Origin: Vicugna vicugna
Taxonomy: Eukaryota
DNA length: 64,000 bases
Reading direction: 5' to 3'
Assembly: GCA_013265495.1 (NCBI GenBank)
Contig: MU058198.1
Span: 1,624,419 to 1,688,418, forward strand
The translations under genes and the position numbers were made by a program. The notes beneath the pieces are model-generated. The model searched no databases. It saw only the letters and a program-made list of their open reading frames with translations, and had not been told where the DNA came from. Below are positions 1-13,000 of the stretch, in pieces. Numbering within the stretch: the first letter of the stretch is position 1; the number at the start of each line of letters is the position of its first letter.

Positions 1-506
1 TCCTTGGAAAAGTCCAAACCTCATTTTTCCTATACCAAAACTTACCCACAGTTACAAATTCCAACATTATCTGTTAAACTCGATGCTCCTTCCCCCAAAT
101 TTTAAAATATTTAATAAGCCTGTGCTTATCTTTCAGTCATTGTACCAGGCATGAACAAGACAGTCGGGATTTCTGCCCTTAAGAGTTTACAGCCTGGTAA
201 GATAGATAGGCATTAAAATAATTACAAAAGGAAACTAATTTCATTTGATAAAAACAACTACTCATATCCAACAGCAAATATCGTCCTGTCAGTGAAACTG
301 TTTTTATTAAAATCAGTAATTAGGGATACTGCTATTACCATTCTTATTTAACATTTGGGGGAGGGTATCTGGCAAAGGCGATGCTGGCTAGAGAATGGAG
401 AGGGTGTCAGGAGATGGAAGAGGACGTGGACAAGGTGCCAAAGAAATCATTTCACCCGCGGAAGCAGAGTCTCAGTGCTTGGCCAAGGTCTCAAACCCCT
501 GCCTAC

Positions 507-726
507 CTGAAACAGAGGGACATCCTGAGCCAAGAACTTGGCTAGGTTGACATCAAGCAAGGCCCGGAGTAGCAGGACACTCTCATTCTCCTCCGGATAC
601 TTGAGCTTCAGGTTGCCAGCGGCGGTGAGCACGGACTTGACGGCCCGCATGCCATAGTCATAGTGATGCTGGGAGGAGAGCTGCTCAGAACACAGGCGGT
701 AGGTTGCAACAATCTTCTGGGCAAGA
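507..726 (-). CDS. DNAH3: DNAH3 exon W30 (220 nt; LAQKIVATY...[13 protein letters not shown]...DVPLFQ)
   Basis: tcccag|T acceptor, CAG|gtaggc donor; YDYGMR motif of the AAA1 small subdomain. Confidence 0.96.
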
Positions 727-1025
727 CTGGGAGAGCAAAGACATGTCTGCAGACCCTCCGGAGAGGACCCCGTCCTGCTCAGCAGACATTCCCAGCAACA
801 CGCTTGTGCCCCGTCCCTTCAGAAACCAGACTTGCCCACAAACTTGATAGAGAAACCCTATCATTTGAAGATCTCTTCATAGAGTTACCATAATGAGCAA
901 AGGACGCACTATAACCCTCTCTCAAAGGTAGGATAAAACAGCAAGCACATGCATATGTATAACATATACTGTACAAGAAATTATGTGTATATGCTTTTAT
1001 GTGTATATAAGAATGTATATGTAAA

Positions 1026-1061
<36 letters not shown>

Positions 1062-4000
1062 GAGGATTACATCAAACTATTAACAATGTTAATCCCTGAA
1101 GAGTGGGACTAAGGGTCACTGAGGGGACACATTTTTGCACAACTGTAACATTACAATTTTTTTCAATAGCCATGTTCTATTTTTTTAATTTAAGAAAACC
1201 AATTCAAAATTGAATATATTCAGCACACAGTACATGCATACTCATGTGCACTGCCATATCTCGCTTTTCCCAGGCACACAGGAGGACCACATTCCCTAGC
1301 CTCCTATACAGTTAGGGCTGGCCACGCCACTGAGTCCTAGCCAATGGCATGTGAGTGAAAGGGAAGTATGCCACTTGGAGGACTGGTCCCTAAAAACCTC
1401 CTCTGTGCTCACATAGTGTAGCTGTGAGATGCGAGTAACCTGGGTCCCTGACCCATCCCTTGGGGAAGAACTGCCCTGATCACAAATATCCACTTTGGAT
1501 TTCCAGGGAGTGAAAAGTAAACTTTTGCTGTGCTAAGGCACTGGAACTTGGAGGTCGGGTTTACCCTAACTAATATACTTATGCACATTTCCCTGGGGGG
1601 TTCCTCTCTAATACGACTGATTTACTTTAAAAGCAAAGGCTTTATGTTGCTCACCAGCACCTAGCACAGGGCTGGGCATAAGGTAGGTGGCTCGATGAAG
1701 GCTTGCCAATTGAATAAATAAATGAACTGAACAGGCAAATCAATGTAACCCAAGTATCCTATAGAAAAAAATTAACCTCATGTGACTGAGGCAGCCTCTT
1801 AGCCTAGGAAGAGTGGCACAATCCACTGAGAATATCTACCCCCTCTTCCATTAAAAGCAAGGACCTCCAGGCCACAAAGACACTGAGGGCCTTGTGGAGA
1901 TACCTGCAATAACAAAAAAATCAAATGACGATGTCCAAGACAAGTAGAAAGACAAACGTAAAATCTGGAATAGATTGATAAAAGCCATTTTACGAAGAAT
2001 ATTCACAACTCTGGGTGTAGGTGATAAAGACCCTGATGCATGTGTGTGTGTGTCTCTTGGAAAACTGGGCAGGTAGTATCTGAATGAGAGATAACCAAGT
2101 TGACTGGAGTAAATAAATGTTATATTGATAACATTGTGAATTCTAAATTATATTAAATTTTCCTCTTTAATCTTGAAATAATTTCATGTTTTTCAGTCTC
2201 GCCTGAAGCCATTTAGGAATGTATGTGTGTGTGTGTGCATGCGCACATGTGCATACATGTGCAGGTATGTTAGAGTGAGAGGCAGAAATGAGCGGTGCTT
2301 TCTTTAGTAGAAGTCCAGGTGTTTGTAAAGAGAGTGGCGGTCCTTTCTTGGAAATCTGGGTCATTTCCCAGTCAGGGGTGGGTGGGGTCAGGACCAGGAC
2401 CAGGGCTGTGTGCTTTCAGATCAACTTGCGAGAAAAGGTCCAGTTCTCAAGTTTCTCTCTTGTCTTCCAATGGGCAACTTGCCTTGAATCCACCCCACAA
2501 GAAAACCACTCTGTCACTCTTTCATGAGAACCCCCTGGAAAGTCAATACAACATACCTTCTGGAGTCTAGAAACCCCATAGAGTAGAGGGAGATTTCTCC
2601 GATGAGGGCATAATCTGGCACCATCATGGCCACAGTCCGAAACAAGGCCTGGAAAAGAAACAGCCACTCAGAACCTAAGCCCATACAGTGAACACTGAGG
2701 GAAACACACCTACAGAGGCAAAGAGAAGTAACAGCATCGTTCAGACCACCCAGTGTCAATCAAGGAAAGGACAGGAGGGCTGGAGGACAAATCAGTGCAG
2801 GGGGACTGCCTTGACTGGACAGACCCACTGCTCCATGAACCTCTTCACTAGCCTCGTCCAGGTGCGTGCTGTCACACTGGGTCCCTCAGTGGTTGTGCGG
2901 AAGTCCTTAGGCACCCCAGCAACACCTCATCGTCCTATGTCAAATGAGCACCACTCAACTATGCAAACTTCCCAGTGACCAATGCAGACAGCAGAAGTCA
3001 TTCAGGGATGCAGGAAAAGTATGTGTCAGGAGAATCCTGAAGTTAGACAGGTCTTGATTTGAGTCCCTGCTCTGCTACCTACTAACAGTAGGCAAGTTAT
3101 GCAATGCCTCTGGACCTCAGGTCTTCTGTCTCAAAATGGACTAATGACTGTCCCCTTTTCATAGTTATCATGAGAACAAATGTTACCATGTAAGTTCAGT
3201 GCGTAGAAAAGTGCATGGCACACAGCTCAATAAACATCAACTACTGTTATTAATACCTTAGCTCTCAGAAGAGAAGTGACTGACCTGTCCCAGTACTGCA
3301 GTTAGAGGCAGAGCCAGGACTAGAACCCAGGCTTCCTGACACCAGCCCTGGATGCTTTCTGCTATGCCACACTGTCGCATGAAAGCTGTCTGTGCAGATC
3401 TAACATGGTTGCTGGCTGGGAGGGGTTGGGGTGGGGGAGTTACATCAACTGGGCACTGAAAAATGAGAAAAGTGGGTCCAAATTCTACTTTGGGCCATGT
3501 AGACCTAGACAGGAGGAGTCACCCGGAGGCATCTCCTTGACTCCCTTTCCACTCCCAGGGAGGAGGAGGAGTGGTGTGTCTGCATCAGATTCCAGGGTAC
3601 CAACCAGAATGCGCTTCTAACAGGTGAAGCATCGTGTACTAAAGTCAGTGCATGTGGGTTTGGCCAGGTCTCTCTTGTGTCTTCCACTCAGAGGAATGCA
3701 GTAATAGCTTAAAAGAAAGTCCTTAAAGAAGCAGGCCTGTTAGTCTCCGTCTGGTTGCTCTTTTCATGCCATTGGGGTGCTAGCTGCTCCTCCTACAGGG
3801 GAGGCCCTGTCATCTTGCACTTTGGGTTTTTTCCCTCCATGAGAGCCACATGCTAAGGTCAGCTAGGGCCTGTTCCCTGGAAGATGGCCTGGTTGGCATT
3901 TTTTCTCTCTGCCTTCAGAAGCACTCTGCTTCTCCCACTAGCAGCAGGGCCAATGCTTAGCACCATGGTGATAGCTCAGGCCAGCTCCGCAGGAGGCACC

Positions 4001-7000
4001 GGGGACAAATAAGCCCTTTTGTTATCTTTCTAGCTGCCTCGAACAGCCTGGTTGTGCGTGGACACCACTTAGGCCTAACCAGCTTGGCTCCACATGCCCC
4101 AGGCTTGGTTTACCAAAGTATTAGACTATTGAAATTTGATGCTTTCTTAGAAGTAGATTTATTTTATTTGGCCTACAGTGCTTTTTTTTTTTGCATTGAG
4201 CCAGGATCTAAAAATCAGATTTCACATAGAAATCCAAATATCTGGCTTTTCCTGAAAAAGAAGATCTGACAATTCCTGCTTGGTAACAGTGGGCTGAGGC
4301 CTAGTAGGGACTGCTGCCTCCAGACACGGCATTCGCCCGAGACCCTGCTAATAAGCCCAGCTGGCGTCTCTCGTTTATATTAACTGTCTGACCCCTGTAG
4401 ACAACAGAAATAGTGACACTTAGTCCAGTGTTCATAGTTTACTACTTGTTATTGGTTATTATGTGTATATTTCCTCTTGCCTCATGAGACTTCGCTCGGG
4501 AGGTAGCTGCATTCTGGGCCAAGTAACATCTTTACTTCTCACAGCTGAAAAATGTCACCTGGTCTCATTATTTGGCTTCTGGGTGAGAGCCTCAGGTACT
4601 TCCAAAGATTTCTATACCATAAAGAACACCCAGAATTCATACACTCTGATGTTTACCTTGAGGTTATCTGGCAGCTCAGCCCTGCCGGCATACCCGGGGT
4701 TCATGGTGATGAAGACAGCACAGGTTGGGTTCAGAGACAGCTCAGTGCCTTCGAAGATGAACTTCTTTAGCTTCCGGATAATGGCTTGTTGAATGCTGAG
4801 GATCTGCTGAGCTACCACAGACAGTACTTCTACCTGGAGTGAGAATGGCCAGCTGATGCAAGCTCCTGTTTCTGACAGCCACCCACCCCACTCTGCCAGA
4901 GCCCCCTTCACTTAGCAAAGAAGGACCCCAACCGCTTGAGAACAAGACCCTCAAATTCAAAATTAGGAGCATGATTTAGGGTTTTGGTAAAGAAAAAGAA
5001 AATTGATGTGTCTATGTGTGTGCACATGTGCGTGTGTGTGTATGTGTGTAAATAGTTTCCATGGTATTGTATCTTTATTCCAGCATCTAGCATAATGCTT
5101 GACCCATGGTATGCATATATTCAGTGTTGACTGGTTCAAATTGCATGCTTACATTTCCTGATCTCAACTCAAACAGAATTATGATGAATCTTTTGTACCC
5201 CTGCTATAGACTCCTCTCATATTCTATTTGCTTCATTTAATTTTTATTTCCCTTTGCTAGTTTGTAACAGCCTAGAGAGCAAAACCATTTCTTGCTCATC
5301 TTTGTATCATGAACACATGTAGAGTATCCGACACATAGGAGATACTAAAGAAATTTTTTAATGTGGGAGTGAATGAATGAATATGGTGAGGACACATATG
5401 TGTGTAAAACATGCATTTTGTCTTCTTGGGCTGTTTTTTGTTTGGTTCATTGAGTACTTACTCAGTGCAAGGGGTCTTAAAGGAAACACAAGCTGCTGAC
5501 ATGGAGGAGCTCAGAGCCCAGAAAAAAGGCCCTGCATGTCCAACCCCTCCATTCTGTAGCCCAGTAGCAGGGTTACCTCAATCCTGTTGAACTCATCAAA
5601 GCAGGCCCATGCTCCAGCCTGGGCTAGTCCTTTGAAGAACTTCCCCATGGCTTTGTAATCCAGACCATCAGAGCAGTTGAAGACCACACACTAGGGAGAG
5701 GAAGGATGTGGGCACCATTCAGGGTGAGTTACCTCACATCTGAATTACCCTGCACCATGAAACAGGGGAGGGACTCCTCCCTTCCTGTTCCCCTGGGGGA
5801 GCTGGGTCCCCACTCTGCATGTTATCCTAAACCGTCTTGAATTTCACGCCAACTTCCCTGGACAGGGGTTCAGAGAGGGATGGGAAGAGAGGGTGGGGAT
5901 GGACACCATTTCCCTACCTGCTTGGCCAAAGCTTTGGCCAGATCTTTGGTGGTTTCTGTCTTGCCTGTCCCAGCTGGACCCTCTGGTGCTCCCCCGAGGT
6001 TCAGCTTCAAAGCTCCCATGAGCGTCCTAAGGGGAAGGAAATAAGAACTCAGTGTCCAAGCCCTAAGGCACAGGAAAGAAACTGGCTTTCGGTTTATTTT
6101 GTCTTGACTCATTCAAATAATTAAACATTTTCCCCAGATTGTATGAGCAACACGTCAGCACTGTAAAAAATTCTGTTTTATTCAACATTGTAACTTCAGT
6201 GGCTGGTGCATGGGTGGCACCCATACGCATTTGTTTGAATGAATGATTGAATGAATAAATGAATATATACACACTAAATGAATCAAATAAAAGTAAAAAA
6301 AAATCCTCATAAACTCCACATTCCAAATATCACCAGTGCTAATGGAACAATGAAAATAAATATGTTTCTCTCACTGGATTACGAACTCTTGCGTTCAGGA
6401 CTCATATTTGATTCAGTTCCACATGGTAAGGGCAAGATAAATGTTGGCAATGAATGGTGTGCTATTTGTGGTTCTACAACCTCTTGTATGAGTCACTATA
6501 ATTTCAGTTAACACGCTGTCTTGTAATCACCTGAGTGTGTTTCTCTCACCCTCATCCCAGTTAGTTGAGGGTTCCTGGAGGTCACGCATGGTGCACGGGA
6601 AAGTTCAAGAAATGGTTGTTGAATAGTGAATGGAACAAATAAAATGAATGAAGAACAGAAATCACAGAACATAGAAAACAAGCGATTGAGGACTTGGAAA
6701 GAAAAAGTTTCTCAAGGTCCATCTTTAACTTTATAATTAAAAATAAATTTCCACTGTAAGGAACATATAACATCAAAGAAAAATCAAAACATCACAGAAT
6801 TGACAAGTTCACAAAGGCCTGATTTCTAAAGTTATGAATTCCAAGGGAAATGGCATAGCACTTTGCTGAGCGCAGAGTGACTGTGTCTCTTCATCAGAGT
6901 GGGTGGCAGAGCCCAGAGACTTCTTGCCTGGGTCCTCACGCGGCCCTTTTCTGTCTCTTTGTCCATGGGATCTCCAGGCATCTTCCTCATTCCTGCCACT

Positions 7001-10000
7001 GGGGAGTCTTCTACTTAAGAACTATGCCATTTTCAAGGACAGGCATCAGTGCTCTAATTGTTGGTTTGAACACATTAATTTGCGTTAGGACTCCTCCTGG
7101 GTTCTCATTTCTGGCCTAAGGCTTAGTTTCCATGCCCATCGGTGGGACCACGGCGACTCAGGGCAAAATTCTAAAACCTGAGAATCTGAAATATAGAAGG
7201 TAAAGGTAACAGACTCAAGATACTCTAACCTTCCTCCCTAGAAGGTCTCCCTTTGGAAATTCTCTATTCGCCCTACGGGTCCCGGGGCGCCCCCGAGCAT
7301 ACCTGTAGCAGCGGTCAGTGAGGGGCGTGATCACCAGCCGGGGGGAGTTGCCCAGGTACTCGTAGCCGTACAAGGCTTCCGTCGTGATCATCCGCACCCG
7401 CACGTCCTCGGCCTCCCAGTAGTAGCGCAGCTGCGAGATCCACTGGAAATCGTTCAGATCACAGACACTGTCCTCGGATAACTTGGCTACCACGTCACGA
7501 GCTGTGGGGACACAGACGCAGAAACACACACTTGCAGAGCTGTCAGCATCCTCCCGTCTCCACGGATTCCTCAGAGAAGGTCTGAGAATGTCATCAACTC
7601 TCTCAACAGGTTTAGGCTGGTCTACCCTCCCTGCTCATCCCCAAACTGTACTTATACCCGATACAAACTTACAGTATCAGCGGCTGTTATCCTTCACAAA
7701 CTTTTAGGCGGCTGACCCAGAGGGCTCTGTAATACGAAGTTACTCCACATGCTGTCTTAGCCCCAGTGGGACCCTTCTGGCCATGTGACAGGCCTCGAGG
7801 CTATTTTAGGAGAGCACAGTCAGCTTGGGCTGACACAGCTGGCAAGGGAAGGGCTTCCTGAATCCATGTGAGATGTATTCTTTCCAGGGGAGGAGGGCCT
7901 GAGAAACCGACTGGGCGTGGTACCCTTCTAGGTTTTCTCCTTTCTCTCAAAGGACTGTGAACATAATGTAATCTTCTCACAGTGATGGGAGCCCTGAAGT
8001 GGAGGGGTGGACATAAATTTACGAGCATCACTCATTACTCTTCGGGTAACTCACAGGGCAAGAGCTCCTGCGATCTCAGAGCTAGCACAGCGGCTCGAAA
8101 TCAGGATCTCAGAAACAACTTTGCAAAGGGACCCTTCCATAAAGCCTACTGCCTCTCTGTGAGAGAAACCTTTATTACAGTAATGGCCCAAACCCCGCAA
8201 AGAAGAATCCTTGAAGAAGATCGCACCAACAGCTCTTCCATTCTTCCCAAGGAACGTAGTTGCACTCCAGGTTCTTGGGAGAACCCACTGAGTGGTGGCA
8301 GGAGTAGAGGTGTGTGTGAGAGATTCCAGAGGAAGGTGAATGTCAAGAGACTGAGTGGAGGATGCCTTTGCTATGCAGAGTGTGTGTTCATGTGTTCATG
8401 CATGAATATGTGTGTGTGTGTGTGCGCGCGCGCACGCGCGCATGTGTGCGTATGTGTAAACTCAACCACTCTGGGGGTCCCCTGGGCAGTAACCACGCCT
8501 GCACTTATTACTCTTACCAGCTGGATATGTGGCCAGATGAAGACCATATTCTCCCTTCCTCCCGGTTTTACGCTAGTCTATTCACATAAAGTCAGATTGA
8601 AATGAGCATCAGTTTTACAGAGAGTAAGATGCCATGAAATGCCAGTAGGAAGCTGGGTGTGTGAGCAAGAGAGACATTGTTCCCAGGCAACTGGTTTGGT
8701 ACAGCCCGAGTTTCCTTGGTGATAACGGAGCAAGGGTGTGGGGGTGGTTTGTTTTATATAAAGACCCTGGTTCTTCTGCCTCTTCCTCCTTCTCTCTCTC
8801 TCCCTCTCTTTTAGGAAGAGCTGGAAGGCATCCTCTCTCACCCACTCCCCTCCCTGCATCACTGCTCATTTCCAGTCTCCTGGGTTTGGAATCAGACACA
8901 GGTTCAAACTACAAAAGAGCCTCAGTTACTTAATAGCTGTGTGCCTCTCAGCAAGTTACTTGCCTCTATAAACCTCAGGCTCTTAATCTGTGAGTTGTGT
9001 ATAAAAATGAGACAATGTATGTCAAGCAAAGTTTGGCACCAAGGAAGTATTCAAAATATTCGCTATGGTCAGTGCGAGGAAATTACTCCAAGTTGATAAA
9101 TCTCAGAAATGGCTGTGGCCATCACTGTCTCAGTAAGAGTGCTGCTTGGAGGTGTTTGCAGAAATAAGATTGGGGCGGGAGGGGAAGATATAAGATGGAT
9201 ATACACAGAAGCATTGGCTCCCTTCTCTCCTTACCCCTCACTTACTCTTGGTTGGAGAAACCTCTCCCTGATAAGAAAAGGGACCTGAATTATTCCATCC
9301 AGGAGAAGGGAGAGAGGCAAGCTTGGCCACTATTATTACTGGACAGTCAGTAGTGCAAGGGAAACCTCCTTGCTTACCGTGGACATCAATGACTGTGAGG
9401 GCCCCGAGGGTGAGTCGAGCCCCACTGCTCAGCTTTCCTCGTACCAGCTGGACAATCTGTGCAATCTGATCATTGCTCTTTTTCAGGAAATCCTGGCAGG
9501 GGCAGAGAAGGGGACAACAGGTTAAACTGGATTCTCTTCTGGTAATCCTGTCTCAGGAATGACACCATCCACCACCCCATGGCCCGAGCCAGACTCTTGG
9601 ATGTCATTCCTCAAGCTTCCTTTCCCTCACCCCAGTCATTAACCTCTAGACAAATTTCAAATGCGTTATGCTAACTGAAAGAAGTCAGATTTAAAAGGTT
9701 AGATACTGTGTGATTTTATTTTAATTTTATTTATATTGTGGAAAAGACAAAACTGTAGGGATAGAAAACAGAATGGTATTTGCCAGAGAGTAAAGGGTTG
9801 ACTACAAAGAACATGAGGGAATTTTGGGGTGTGTGGAACTGTTCTATATCAAAAAAATACATGCACCACAATGTTCACAGCAGCACTATTTACAACAGCC
9901 AAGACATGGAAACAACCCAAATGTCCATCCACAGATGACTGGATAAAGAAGTTGTGGTATATTTATACAATGGAACACTACTCAGCCATAAAAAATGATA

Positions 10001-13000
10001 AAATAACGCCATTTGCAGCAACATGGATGGACCTGGAGATTGTCATTCTAAGTCAACTAAGCCAGAAACAGAAAGAAAAATACCTTATCACTTATATATG
10101 GAATCTAAAAAAAGAGACAAATGAACCTACTTACAAAACAGAAACAGACTCACAGACATAGAAAACAAACTTATGGTTACCAGTGGGGGAAGGGGGTGGG
10201 AAAGGATAAATTGGGAGTTCAAGGTGTGCAAATACTAACTACTATTTATAAAATAAGTAAGTTTCTTCTGTATAGCATAGGGAACTATATTCAATATCTT
10301 GTAGTAACCTATAAAGAAAAAGAATATGAAAACAAATATATGTATGTATATGTATAACTAAAACATTACGCTGTACACCAGAAACTGATGCGACATTGTA
10401 AATTGACTACACGTCAATAAAAAATAAAGAAAAATATAAATCAGGCTATAAACCAGAATTAACAAAATACCTGAAACTTTTTCAGATTAAAGTAGATGTG
10501 ATAACTAAAGAAGTGCATGTAAACATGTAATCCTGGATTTGATCCTGAAGCAGACAAAAAGACATGAGTGGGGCAATTGACCTAATTTAAATTAGCCAAT
10601 TAAAGGTTTATAGATAAGATAATAATATTGCATCAATGTTGATTTCCTGATTTGGATAATTGTACTGTGGCTACCTTCATAAGATGTTAATATATGGAGA
10701 ATCTGGATGAAGGGTGTATGGGTATTCTTTGTATTATTTTTGCAATGTTATTTGTAAGTTTGAAAATTTTCAAAATAAAGAGTTAAACAATTAAAATGAA
10801 TTTTTTAAAAAGGAAAAAAGGTAAGATCACCTTAGGCTCAAATCTCACCTTCCCCACCTTCTAGCAATGTGATTCTGGGCAAATGATTTTAACTTTTTGA
10901 GTCTCAGTGTACTGACCTGTCAAATCTAGATAATTACAGCTACTCCTCAAGTGGTATTGAGGATTAAATGAGATAGTGTATATAAAGCACCTGGCACAGT
11001 GTCTGGTGTGAATAAAGTATCCAGTAAATAGTGGTGGTTTTTACTGCTGTTAATTGTAATATTCTTAGCACCTAGCAAAAGAAAAAGAAAAAAAGGCATT
11101 TTGATGCCTCCCCATCACCTATACTGGACCAAGTGCCTTCAGTTGCTGGAATGCACCGTGCTTTTCATCTTCAGACTTTTGCACATGCTGGTCTCTCACT
11201 CCCAGGAATGTTCTTCCTCCTGTTCTTTGCTTGGCTACCCCCTTATTCATATTTTATGTCTTCTCCTAGACACTGCTTTTCTGGGAAATCTTTCCCTCTA
11301 ACTTTTCTCCTTCCTCCCCATGTGTCCTGGATCCCTGTACTTCCCTTACTACACTTCTGCAATAGAGCCTTTTAACCTCCCCCACCAGACTGTATATCCA
11401 TGAGGACAGGGACCACAACTGTCTCATTCACCTCTAATCCCCTTTGCCTAGCAGCAAAGTTGTAGCTGCAGATGTCAAACAAATATTTGTTAAATGAACA
11501 ACGGATAGATGGATTGATGGATGGCAATCCTGTACCAGCACTTGCTTCCTTTAGGATGCCAAGGCACATCATTCAGCATGTATGTAATCCAGGGCTTGGG
11601 TGTGTGATGGGAAGCATTCTACCCTCTTACAGGTAGGAAAACTGGGGTGCAGAGGTACAGTCAGAATTTTAAAAATTTCTTTTGTTTGTTTTGTGAGTGT
11701 TTTTTTGATGGGGGAAGGTAATTAGGTTTACTTATTTATTTATTCTTAGAGGAAGTGCTGAAGAATGAACCCAGGATCTTGTGCATGCTGCTAAGCACGC
11801 ACTCTACCACTTGAGCTATACCCTCCGCCCCTGAAAAGTCAGATTTTTTTTAGTGTTTCTGAGGTTTGAAATGATGTACATGAAGGAAGTTTACAAGCGT
11901 AAAGTGCAGTACATCTATTAGGAATAATCAACAAGAAATCTGTAAAAATGTGAATCTTGGTCAAAAATTAATGTTCCAATTTTAATGCATAAAGAAAAAT
12001 ATAGTAAATTAAAATACATTCTGGTCCACAGACAATCATCTATAGGGGGAATAACAGGAGTTCTGATGAGATAATCATGGAAAACTACACCACGGTAAAA
12101 AGGTTGGGAATGGAGTCACCGTTCAGTCAATAAATATTTATACTGAGCAACTATGTACTCAACACTGCAACAACCCCCTGAGATATAACAGTGAGCAAAA
12201 CAGACATGGCCTCTGTCCTGTGGGGTTTATAGTCTAGGATCTAAGCACTGAATAGTTTACTGGCATCTCATTTAATCCTCCCCTAGCAGTACGGTGTGGT
12301 ACTGCAGTTCCTTGCATTTTATAGACAAGGAGACTGGGCTCAGCTTAAGTAACTTGCCCATGGTCACACAGTTTACAAGGAAAGGTGTCAGAATTTGAAC
12401 CCAAGTCCATCCAGTGCGGGCATCACCATCCAGTGTGGGCATCCCTGGCAGAACTGACTAGAAATACACGGATCTGTGGATAAACAGACTTGAGCATTCA
12501 TGGTCTCAAGGGAAAGCTGAAGGAAAAGCTGGAGATGGGCTTGTGCTGGGCTGAAGGTACTGAGAAGGGGTATGGTGGAGGAAGAGGAGAGGAAAACAGG
12601 ACCAGGGGGCCTCTTCTCTGTTGGTGGCAATTCTGCCAGGTTGACACCTGGAAGCAAAGGCTGATAAAACTTAGAATCTTTTAGCCTAGAATTTCTGTCT
12701 GGGAAGAATTGTGAGAGTTCTTGCACCACAGAACTCCAGGACAGCACCAATTCCAAATTCTCTGTCCCACTGTCCCCAGAGAACCCTGGCTTCAGTGACA
12801 CCATAGGCCTAATTATTTTATTTAGAAAACATGGCTACTCCATGTCATTCAAATCCTAATCAAGCCTGAATCTCCTCTACAAGCTTCATGACAGGTTCAC
12901 TTACCGGTAGGGTCTTTTCAACCAGGGCTTGGGAAACCTCCTGGGTCCAAAAGATGGAGGAGACACAGATAACCACCTGGCCAGGCCACTGCAAGACCCA

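Noticed and set aside
4828..4835. AG|GT at exon starts (W28, also W8, W13, W20, W21, W23) as recursive splice sites
   Set aside because: GT is common at exon starts and the regenerated donors are weak; no other support.
5055..5068. X-box-like GTTTCCATGGTATT (and GTTGCCTTGTAAAC near 19670)
   Set aside because: Two mismatches each; expected by chance in 64 kb.
7982..8605. 207-aa plus-strand ORF
   Set aside because: Runs through a microsatellite ([11 protein letters not shown]), starts at a non-ATG codon and has no recognisable domain; likely chance.
9829..10161. 110-aa ORF that looks like a real protein
   Set aside because: It is the L1 ORF2 C-terminus of a truncated element, not a host gene.
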